From assembly GCA_048128005.1 (NCBI GenBank), contig JBEUKZ010000008.1, positions 372,001-436,000 on the forward strand: a stretch of 64,000 nucleotides of DNA, read 5' to 3'. The stretch's first letter is position 1, and every line of letters begins with the position of its first letter. Shown one piece after another: positions 39,001 to 51,000 of this stretch. The translations under genes were made by a program, and so were the position numbers. The notes beneath the pieces were generated by a model, which had not been told where the DNA came from, did not search any database, and saw only the letters and a program-made list of their open reading frames with translations. The DNA is from Veleropilina oligotropha (Eukaryota).

Positions 39001-42000
39001 GTGTGACCCATAATCAAGGGCAGTTATGCCCTGGTGGTGTGACCCATAATCAAGGGCAGTTATGCCCTGGTGGTGTGACCCATAATCAAGGGCAGTTATG
39101 CCCTGGTGGTGTGACCCATAATCAGGGCAGTTATGCCGTGGTGGTGTGACCCATAATCAAGGGCAGTTATGGTCTGGTGTGACGGATAATCTAAGCTGGT
39201 CCGACACAGCTTTCCAATATGGAGATAGACTCTATAGGGAATGACAGGATCATGCATGCAGTTTAATACATGATCCATCTTATTAGTAAACAGTTTTCCG
39301 TTATGGGCTGTTTTAATATCTCAGTTTGAGATTTCAAATATTTTTCTAACATAAATTACATACAGGGTTCCCATATCAATGTTACAATCAAATCTCATGG
39401 CGTGTCCATGAGAAATATATGCGGGCAAGGGCAAAAATGCCTTTGATGCTACCCGTACGATCGACTGCGACGTCTCACCTTTATCCCGGAGCTCTTGTAT
39501 GACAATTCGGTCTACTCTCATCGGCGCCTTAACAACCTTGAACTTGTCCATCCGGCGGCTAGACTTGCACACCAGCAGCATGTCGGTAAACAGGAAGCAA
39601 TGTACGTCCATCTGCCAGACACGGAACGAATGGGGTAGCATTAAACATGACTATTATTATTATGTACTTTGAAAGATGCTTAATGTATCGTTTTTAACAA
39701 ACTTCATACCAACACAGATCAATATTATGACGGGAGAAAAGCCAGGAACACCTGCCCTTGTCGGCAGTTAAGGACCTGTTAAACGTGATCGGTTTGAGTG
39801 TTTAGTAGAAGGGTAACAGGTTGTGTGCAGTGACAGTTTACATGACCCCTGTATCCCATATAGCTCTGCTTGAAAAGGGTGTCAATATAGGCAAATAACT
39901 TTAGAAATTTGTGCAGCACTTCCCCAAGTAATAACATACCAAAGTAATAACATTGATAAAATCCAAATTCCGAATTTCAGCAAAATATTCACAGGATAAG
40001 TTAAACACATCATAAGGAAGGCTCATGCCAATTAAGAAAAAAAGTTATCAGACAGTTTCGGAGATATTCTCATTTGAAGGCAAAACTTGTCGAAGAAGTG
40101 GATTTTCTAAGTCCAAAAAAATAAATTTTGGAAAAACCGACTCGGTCCAAGGTCCAAAAAGGTACATTTCGGAACAACAGAGACGAAGAATTTCCTAATA
40201 TTTTTAAGATATGTTCAGAAAATCATAAGGAAGGCTCATGCAAAAGTAAAATAAAGTTATCAGACAGTTTTCAATATATTCACATTTCAAGTCAAAAGTT
40301 GACGCCGGACAGACGGACGTACGCCGGACAAAGCGGTATCAGACAAGCTCTGCTGACTACTTCACAGCGGAGCTAATAAAAAGTACGTGGCTTGCCTATC
40401 CGAACACGTGTATATGTGGCGTAAGCGGAGTGGCATGTTGTATGCACAGTTCATGGCTCCCCTATCCTTACACAGATTACGTGGATCCCCTATCCTTACA
40501 CAGATTACGTGGCTCCCCTATCATTACACAGATTACGTGGATCCCCTATCCTTACACAGATTACGTGGATCCCCTATCCTTACACAGATTACGTGGATCC
40601 CCTATCCTTACACAGATTACGTGGCTCCCCTATCCTTACACAGATTACGTGGATCCCCTATCTTAATACGTTTGTGGCTCCCTCTATCCTTGTACGTAAG
40701 CGGAGTTACTCACCCTTGTCTGATGGTCCTTCATCTTCAGCGGGGAGGAGTGTATGAGCATTCGGAGCTGACCTTCGCTGCAGTCCGGCATCGGTGCAAA
40801 CAAATTGAAATTTTTATTGTAGTCGCTCAATATCTACAATATATTCATATAAGTAATTAGATCGAATACAAATGATAATATATGCATAATTACATATAAG
40901 ATCACATAGAGAATCAAAATTTAAGTGACCAGCCCAGGAGTCGTGTGATCTGCAGACGCTGAAATCACTGGCTCAATTGCGCTAATAGAAGTTGTTTTGA
41001 ATCGCTGTTTAGCAATGACATTTTTTTGTACAGTTATATATCAACCGCAATTTTCCGTAATTGACCGGAGAGGGCAGCTTTCCCCGGGTGACCGGGCTTT
41101 CCTCCAAAGATAATATAGACATGTCCTGCATTGAACTTAAATGTTGTAAATATAAGGGACATTAAGAAACGATCCACATATAAGCTAATAAGTACCTTTC
41201 TTAATGTGCTTAAGTGCCACACAACTACATAGAAATGTTATCGACAATATATTCATTTGACTAAGGGCTGATATGCTCCACATTTGTAGATAGAGACGGC
41301 GCATCGTACTCACCTTGATGCACTCATCGTTCGGGGCTTCGAGGACGTCGTACGATTCTATTTTGTCCGTCAATTCCTTCAGTCTCTCCTTTTCATGCCT
41401 CACACGCAGTGATGTGTTCACCTCAGTGACAAACCTGTCTACGCTTGCAATCTATAACAGAATTATGATACAAAAAATATTATCTGTGTGAAATACCTTA
41501 AGAGTTCATGAATTTCCTTTTGCTTATAGCATGTTTTTGTTTGACATATTTTTAGATAGCTTCATAAAGCTCTATTTATTCTTTATTACAGGTGAATGTG
41601 AAAAAAGTGTTTCCTTAATATTCAATGTCGATTAAGAAAGCAGTTTTCAAGACTTGATTATACAATTATCAAGGTAATTAACAGCAGAAGTCCTACAAAA
41701 CAGTACTAGAATTACATTGGCAACCAATATCATAGATACCCTTGAATGTAAAAGTGTTCTGCATGCCACTTCATGATAGCTTTTTTCAATGGGATCTCAT
41801 TACTTAAATTATACCACAGGACACAGAATAATAGACTCAATAAATAAGGAAGTAACTCGTGTTGTAAATACTAGATTCCTTATTGCTCAATCCACTGGAT
41901 GGTGTCATAGATGAGGTATTCCGATCTGTCCTTACCATTTCCAGCAGATCTCTCCGTTGCCGTTCGTCGTCAGACTTCCGTAGGATCGCCTGCAGTAGTA

Positions 42001-45000
42001 GCGAGTATTTCGTCAGTCGCTGCATCGGTTTCACGAGCAGATCCGTCAGACGCAGTCGATGGCACTGTTTCTGCGCCTCAGCCCACTAACATGAAAACAT
42101 CAGTCATTAATCCAGGGTATATACAGATTTCCAATGACAAATTTCCAGGACTTTCAACGACCTTTTCAAGGACTAATTTCCGAATTTCAAGGGTATCTCT
42201 CTGAATACGAAATAGTCCAAAGGTAACACTAAACCAAACTCTGCTTAGTCTGCACTCCATTTCATTTTTACCATAGCTAAAATTTATTCTCTTACCACCA
42301 CAGAGACGCATGTTAGTCAGAAAACAACAATGAAAAGTAAAATTCAATGATTTTTCCGAAAATTTCTGCCCAAATGCCAGATTTTCCATGACTTCAAGGG
42401 CCTTGAAACAGCATCAATACAATTTCATGACTTTCAAGGACTTGTGCGAACCCTGTAATCACTAATCGACTGACAATTTCTGGGGGGTACGGCATGGTCG
42501 AACTGACACAACGATGCTACTCTACGAAGACAAGGATTCAAACCCAGGGGTGTGTAAGATTACATGACTTCAGTTCACTATTAACAGAAAATTGCAAATG
42601 AACGCATGTTTTATGTTGGATCGATGGTTACAACCTTCATGTTCAAGGCAGGACATGTCCATATTATTATCATGGGTACAAAGCCTGGCTGCCTGGGGAA
42701 ACTCGCCCTCTCTGATCCTGGCTGCCTGGGGAAACTCACCCTCTCTGATCCTGGCTGCCTGGGGAAACTCGCCCTCTCTGATCCTGGTTGCCCGGGGAAA
42801 CTCACCCTCTGATCCTGGCTGCCTGGGGAAACTCGCCCTCTGTGATCCTGGCTGCCTGGGGAAACTCGCCCTGTCTGATCCTGGTTGCCCGGGGAAACTC
42901 ACCCTCTGATCCTGGCTGCCTGGGGAAACTCGCCCTCTCTGATCCTGGCTGCCTGGGGAAACTCGCCCTCTCTGATCCTGGTTGCCCGGGGAAACTCGCC
43001 CTCTCTGATCCTGGCTGCCCGGGGAAATTTGCCCTCTCTGATCCTGGCTACCCGGGGAAACTCGCCCTCTGATCCTGGCTGCCCAGGGAAACTCACCCTC
43101 TCTGATCCTGGCTGCCCGGGGAAACTCGCCCTCTCTGATCCTGGCTGCCTGGGGAAACTCGCCCTCTCTGATCCTGGCTCCCAGGGGAAACTCGCTCTCT
43201 CTGATCCTGGCTCCCTGGGGAAACTCACCCTCTCTGATCCTAGCTGCCCGGGGAAACTCACCCTCTCTGATTCTGGCTGCCCAGGGAAACTCACCCTCTG
43301 ATCCTGGCTGCCCGGGGAAACTCACCCTCTCTGATCCTGGCTGCCCGGGGAAACTCACCCTCTGATTCTGGCTGCCCAGGGAAACTCACCCTCTCTGATC
43401 CTGGCTGCCTGGGGAAACTCGCCCTCTCTGATCCTGGCTCCCAGGGGAAACTCGCTCTCTCTGATCCTGGCTCCCTGGGGAAACTCACCCTCTGATCCTG
43501 GCTGCCCGGGGAAACTCACCCTCTCTGATCCTGGCTGCCCGGGGAAACTCACCCTCTGATTCTGGCTGCCCAGGGAAACTCACCCTCTCTGATCCTGGCT
43601 GCCTGGGGAAACTCACCCTCTCTGATCCTGGCTCCCTGGGGAAACTCGCTCTCTCTGATCCTGGCTCCCAGGGGAAACTCGCCCTATCTGATCCTGGCTG
43701 CCCGGGGAAACTCGCCCTCTCTGATCCTGGCTGCCCGGGGAAACTCACCCTCTGATCCTGGCTCCCTGGGGAAACTCGCCCTATCTGATCCTGGCTGCCC
43801 GGGGAAACTCGCCCTCTCTGATCCTGGCTGCCCGGGGAAACTCACCCTCTGATCCTGGCTGCCCGGGGAAACTCACCCTCTCTGATCCTGGCTGCCCGGG
43901 GAAACTCACCCTCTGATCCTGGCTGCCCGGGGAAACTCACCCTCTCTGATCCTGGCTGCCCGGGGAAACTCACCCTCTGATTCTGGCTGCCCAGGGAAAC
44001 TCACCCTCTCTGATCCTGGCTGCCCGGGGAAACTCGCTCTCTCCGATCCTGGCTCCCAGGGGAAACTCGCTCTCTCTGATCCTGGCTCCCTGGGGAAACT
44101 CGCCCTATCTGATCCTGGCTCCCTGGGGAAACTCGCCCTCTGATCCTGGCTCCCAGGGGAAACTCGCCCTATCTGATCCTGGCTCCCTGGGGAAACTCGC
44201 CCTCTCTGATCCTGGCTCCCAGGGGAAACTCGCTCTCTCTGATCCTGGCTCCCTGGGGAAACTCGCCCTATCTGATCCTGGCTGCCCGGGGAAACTCGCC
44301 CTCTCTGATCCTGGCTGCCCGGGGAAACTCGCCCTCTCTGATCCTGGCTGCCTGGGGAAACTCGCCCTCTCTGATCCTGGCTGCCCGGGGAAATTCGCCC
44401 TCTCTGATCCTGGCTGCCCAGGGAAACTCACCCTCTCTGATCATGGCTGCCCGGGGAAACTCGCCCTCTCTGATTCTGGCTCCCCGGGGAAACTCGCCCT
44501 CTCTGATCCTGGCTCCTCGGGGAAACTTGCCCTCTCTGATCCTGGCTGCCCGGGGAAACTTGCCCACTCTGATCCTGGCTGCCTGGGGAAACTCGCCCTC
44601 TCTGATCCTGGCTGCCCGGGGAAACTCACCCTCTCTGATCCTGGCTGCCTGGGGAAACTCGCCCTCTCTGATCCTGGCTGCCCAGGGAAACTCGCCCTCT
44701 CTAGCCGGTTATGGATTGATAACTGAACAAAGAAAGTCATGCCACAACCGTGATTCGAACCCGCTCCTGTTCGTTAGCGCAATGGAGCCAGAAATTTCAG
44801 AGTCGTTGACTCGATACCACACGACTACTGAGGCAGCGTACAAACATAGTATGATACGCACAACCACAGTGAACGTCATATCTCTTACAGGATTATTTCG
44901 TGAACGGCTAACTACAAAAATCCAATAGCGATGATAAAGCACCAGGCATTGATTTACTCACCACAGAGTAAGTCTTAAACAGATCATTTTCCTCTTTCAC

Positions 45001-48000
45001 AGTTTTCATGTATTTCAGGCAGTCTTGATGGTCCAGGCAATACTTTGTGTATGGACGGAACAATTGACTAAACTGAAAAAATAACAAACATGTCCAAAAA
45101 TAAGATCCTGCTTAACTTCAAATTCTGTTAGCATACGCTTGGCTACAGCCATTTTAATGTCTGTAATGTCTATAATATAATATATATTTCCGCAAACAAA
45201 TCATGTCAGCATCATCCACAGAATGCGATTTGCAGAAATATGACAGGAAAAATAACTGTTGTACTTATTATCTTGTGTCTATGGATATACAAGATTCTGT
45301 CTAGTGTAGCATATGTTCTGAGACGACGCAATAGGTTATTCTCACTCACACATAATCTGTTTAAATAATTTGTCTACCTATATGTATACAGCCAAGATGG
45401 TTTGCTCATTAAAATTGAACTCAACCACAAGTAACATCACCTAAGGCTTACTGACTGATCTGATCGGGATATTACAATGAAACCTACCCTTGAAAACATT
45501 TTAAACAAGACCCCGTTACAAAACGGATTCATCCCCGCCTTCCGCAATCAATCTGATATAAACTTTAACCAAAATTTCTATGTCCAAACACATAAAGTTT
45601 CTTCAATATTTATACAAAATAATATTCAATATCATTGCTAGAGGAAAAGGTGGTATCAATATGGGAGGGGAGGGAGGAATGATGCTTAATGTCCTGTATA
45701 TTTACAACATCGAGGTTCAGGGCAGGACATGTCCGTGTTATCGCGGGAGGAAACCCTGGTCGCCCGGGTAAACCTGCCCTCTTCGGCCAGTCGCGGACAA
45801 CTGTGATTCATAACTTGACCAAATGTCAATGCCTCAGCCAGGTATTGAACCCACCACTGTTCGCATTAGCGGAATCAAGCCAGTGAATTTAGAGTGGACA
45901 CTCTTACCCACTGCGCTGCCGAAGCGGCCACGGTATCAATATAAACATCACCAAAGAATATGTATGCAATAATGGAACAGAATGGAAGGAAATTCACTAG
46001 ACTTTACCAAAAATTTCTATGTCAAAAAACACTAATTTCACGTTATTTAGATTATAAATCACTTTCAGATGAGGGAGCACCATCAATATAGTCAACACTA
46101 AAGTATATGGATGTAAAATGAGGTTTTAATGTAAACCTAATATTAGTATAAAACATACTTACGTCCTTACTCTTGCCATAATAGCATATTATCGCCCAAA
46201 CCGGAAATGGTGAATATGTCCCATAATGCACCGTTATAAGCCAAAAAAGCACACGGTTACCTCCCCTGCTCCTACCCCCCACGTTCCCTAGCGAGACTTC
46301 GCCAAGTCTCGTGAGACTTCTGAACAATAGAAGTCACATGACATCAATTCAAAGTTCAAAAACCACAAAGGAACGTAGTAGAGGGGAGGAATGCGAACGC
46401 AGGGTGGGTAATCGTGTAAGGACGTAAGTATGTTTTATACTAATATTAGGTTTACATTAAAACCTCATATATAGTTACAAACATACTTACGTCCTTACTC
46501 TTGCCAGAATAACCTTGGATAGGTGGGTAAGACGTTCCTTACAACAAACCCAAACAAGATAATGACTTACTTTTCACCAATTCGATCAGCATGAAGCGTC
46601 GAGTGTGTCCGCCTAGAGTGGAATTTTTACTGAGTATTATATTCTACTCTTACCAGGCGAGAATTTCGACCAGTGTTACCGGGAGAATACGCCGTGGTGT
46701 TAGTCGGACGAGGTGAACGGAAGTGCAATCAGCCCCTGGCACGGCCGGAAGGATAAATCCCTGTAGGTCTTACGTGTCATGGACCAGTGGCAGCCAAATG
46801 GGTCTCCGGGCCTATAGGCCGGTAGCCAGAGGATGCAGTCGGATTTGTAAGCACACGGAACCTAACAGGTTGTGAAAGCTTTAAAATCAAAAGCAAAGAA
46901 TTAATAGATTATATAATAATCGATATTAATAAGTAGTTCGTATGACCAACTTGCGAACGCTAACATGGACGACATGTCACTTAAAATAAATTTTAAGGAA
47001 GCAAAAATGTTCGACATGTTACTTAAAAATAAATGTTAAGGAATCAACATTTTAAATGTATTGAACATCGTATGTTCGATTACAGCAAAGAACATAATAA
47101 TATTGAACCCTAATCTTTTTAAGATTTGTGCAAAATTATCAAAGTTGTTTTATTAAATTCAATGTGATCTGGCTTATGTCAACACTCAGTCTGACATGAG
47201 AAGTACAAAATCTTAAATTAGATTTAAGAAATGAACAGACATTGAACTGCCCCATAGGTGTTAATTACATAGCACCGTTTGGCCAACGAAAATAAAATGG
47301 CGTCAGTAAATATGCAAATGAGCAATCAGAGAACAATACTTACTGATTAGAAGACCTCGGTCTAACAATAACCCGTTGTGCAGCAACACAGTGTAAACTG
47401 CTTAGGCCATCAGCCCCGGTTGAGTAGTCGCGCAGATAATGTTTTACAAACACGTTAGCGTTTTTCCAATATCCGGCCTGTAGTAACGCATTGATATTTA
47501 AATTATGTCGGAAGGCTACAGACGCTGCAATGGCCCGGACCTCATGTGCGCGGACCGATAAAATAGTTCGGTCGTCGTCATCACAACGGATGTAAACATC
47601 TCTCACAGTTTGTGAAATCCACCGCGAAACAGTAGTCCTCGTAATGTCGCGGGTGTAGGTGGGCAAATACGAAATGAATAAACGTAATTTTCCCTGTCGC
47701 AACTCACGGGTTCTGTCTAGGTAGAATCGAAGCGCCCGGACCGGGCAATTGAAGCGGTCTGCGTCGCGCCTTCCGACTAGCGTTAGCTTGGGAATAACAA
47801 CATCGGGTGCGTCCTCGTTCGGCCGCTGGTTCTTGGCTAAGAAGCCCAGAATGGGACGCAGTATCACCGACCCGTCTGACTGGAATCGTATGTCTCTTAG
47901 CTCGGAGGAGAAAGCATGAATCTCGGAACAACGCCTGCCCGACGCTAAGGCGATCAGAAAAACTGTTTTGTGCGTCAAGTTCCTCATGGTTATCTCGGAC

Positions 48001-51000
48001 ATCGGCTCATACGGGGGTAAGAGTAATGCGTTAAGAATAAGTACGATATTCCAGGCAGGTGGCTTAATTCTTCGGGTCGGTATCTCGAGTTCATAAGATC
48101 GTATAAAATCTGATATCGTTCGGTCGCTTGATAGGCCAGCATGGGCACGACACTGCTTTAGCGTGGTCGCGATCGTTGCCCGATAGCCTTTGACGGCGGA
48201 CACTGACATACCGCGGTCGAAGAGCGACGATAAAAACTCGATAAACTTGTTCACAGGGGGACGGAGTATATTGATCTGCCTGCTGTGACACCAATCCACG
48301 TACTTAACCCATCGGTAGTCATAGACTTTTGTAGTGGAAATCCTTCTCGATCGATAGATACGTAAGGCTGTAGCTTTAGAAAATCCTTTCTTAGCAAGGG
48401 ATCGTTCGATAACCGCCAGGCGTGTAAACGTAAGTGGTTCGGCGACTCGTGGAGTACACGGGTGCGTGGTTGCATTAACAGGTCTAGTTTCTGCGGTAAC
48501 GCTAACGGTCGATCGACGATCAGATCGAGGAGGGTCGGAAACCAAGGTTGCGTGCGATAAAGGGGCGCTATTAGCGTTATCTCGCAACGTTCGGTCGCTG
48601 CCTTCTGTAATACCAGTGATAGAATGCACGTCGGGGGGAAGGCATACGCGGACAGATTCTCCCATGTCATTGACATTGCGTCGACCGCCAGGGCGGCCGG
48701 GTCTGGGTACGGGGAGACATACAGAGGTAGTCGGTAATTGAATTCTGTTGCAAACAAGTCGACTTGGGGTTGCGACCACCGGCGGCAAACATCCCGAGCT
48801 ACTCGGCTGTGTAGCGTCCATTCTGTGTGTATAATCTGTGATCTCCGAGAGAGCGAATCCGCTCTGACATTCAGCTTTCCCGGGATGTGTCGGGCTCGAA
48901 TCGTCGAGTTGAGGGACATCACTAAGCGGTGTAGGTCTATTGCTCGGTCGCATAGGGGACGCGAGCGTGTACCGCCCTGGTGCTGTATGTAAGCGACGAC
49001 AGTCGTGTTGTCCGTGGCGAGCATTATATGCTTGTTGCGGAGATGTGACGAGAGGGACCGTACTGACAGGAAGACGGCTTCTAACTCTAGGAAGTTGATA
49101 TGTCGTCCCTGAAGGTCTGTCGGCCATAGGCCTGATGTCTCGTAACTGTCGAGGTGACCACCCCAGCCGTCGTTCGAAGCGTCTGTGAACAGGTAAGCGT
49201 TCGGCTCTGGTGGGGATATAGGAACCGACTGGTCCGGCAAAGCGGGGTTCAACCACACTGCTGTCGTGTCGGTAAACCAATGCCGTAGATCGATGCGATC
49301 CTTCCACTGCCCCGTCCGTTGTATCCAGCGATCCCTGAAAGCCTGTTGTAACGGTCTTTTGTCCATGCGACCCGTCGGTAGCAGGGGCGCTACCGACTCG
49401 ATGTGCCCCAGGACAGTGGCCAGTTGTCGCGCCGTAGTTATGTCCGATGACAGGGTGTCTTGGATAACCGCGCGTAGGTTCCGCATACGCTTCTGGGTCG
49501 GCTTCGCGGTGTACCGGACCGTATCGAAGTCGACTCCGAGGAACGTAAACGTCGTCGAGGGCACGAAGCAGGATTTTGTCTCGTTGATCTGAAATCCCAG
49601 GCGCTTCGTCGATGACAGGGTAAAGCTCGTAGACCGGAGGCACAGATCTCGGGACGCCCCGAGGATCAGCCAGTCGTCGAGGTACATATGTACCCTGTGC
49701 CCTAGAGAGTGTAGGAAGGCCCCCAGGGCCTGTACTGTTCTCGTGAAGACGTACGGGGCTGACGATAGACCGAACGGTAGGCACCTGAATTGGTAGATCG
49801 TCTCCCCGTGTATAAACCGAAGGTACTGATGAGCCGTGATATGCATCGGGACATGCAGATACGCGTCGGCGAGATCGATAGACGCTGCCCAGTCGCCCGG
49901 ACGGATGGCCGCTCGAATCTTCGAGAGGGTTGCTTGCTGGAATTTCTCGGTACGAAGATATAGGTTTAAGTACGAGAGATCGAGGATCGGTCTCCAGCGG
50001 CCATCGGGTTTCGGGACCAGGAAGAAATGGCTGTAAAATCCTGGTGTGCTGGGCGGCGCGGGATATATCGCTCTTTTTAGGAGCAAATCCCGCACTGCCT
50101 GGTCTAAGACCGCTTGTTTCTCTCCGTTTAGGAGTCGAGCGTGTCTTGTTGGTGGTGCCTCGGTTAAGGTCGGATGCCGGTTGAATGCCAACTTGTATCC
50201 GGCACTCACGACTAAGTGGACCCAGTTGCTGTCTGTCAGCTCTAGCCAGGGCTGGCTGTGTGCTAACAGGCACGCTCCCACCGGCGGGAGCGGGCAACTG
50301 GGGCCGTCGCGAATGCCGGCAGCCCTAGGGCCGAGGCTTCCCTATCCCGCTCTGCTTGCGGGATTTCGCTGGAGGTGCTCGCCTCTTTGGAGTGGGTTTA
50401 TTGGCCGGAGGCCTACCACCCGAAGAGGGCTTCGCACGCTTAGAAGGCTTCGGGGCCGGGGTGGGCCCGGAGCGCTTCTTCGAGTTGGCAGGTGGACCCC
50501 GGGTGGGGAGCAGTACTGCCTTCTCGATGGCACGGTCCTTAATGTCCGCCGCTCTCTTGTCAACAAACTCCGTGAAGTTGTCACCAAAGAGAGTGGTGGC
50601 CGAGCAAGGTACGCATCGCAACGAGCGCCGGGTGGGCTCGTCCAGCGAGGTACCTTCCAGGCAAGCATCCCTACGTAGTAGGAGGGCATTGCCCAGGACA
50701 CGTCCCGTCTCCAACGCGCTGGTCTCCTGCGCGGCAGCAACCTCCTGGAGGAAGGACAGGGCAGCCTCGGTGGCGCCGGGTCCATTCTCCTGTAATACGG
50801 CTATCGCCCCGTCTAGGAAAAAATCCTGAACGGACGATAGCCGCAGAGCCCGTCGGGCGGAGCTCTCGAAAGCTTCCAAGGCGGACCAAGGAACTTTCGC
50901 TACGGAGGGAGTGTGACTGGCGGTCAGTCGACGCAACGAAGCGTCAACACGAGCCGGCTCAGTCGCCAGGCACGGGCCAGTGCATTCGAACGGGGTCGCT

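Noticed and set aside
42570..44928. Many repetitive ORFs up to 262 aa
   Set aside because: Artefacts of the 33/31-bp repeat; frames switch at the 31-bp units and there are no splice signals.
46052..46327. Identical short ORFs MFRSLTRLGEV... at both DIRS ends
   Set aside because: Translation of the inverted terminal repeats from a TTG start; not a gene.
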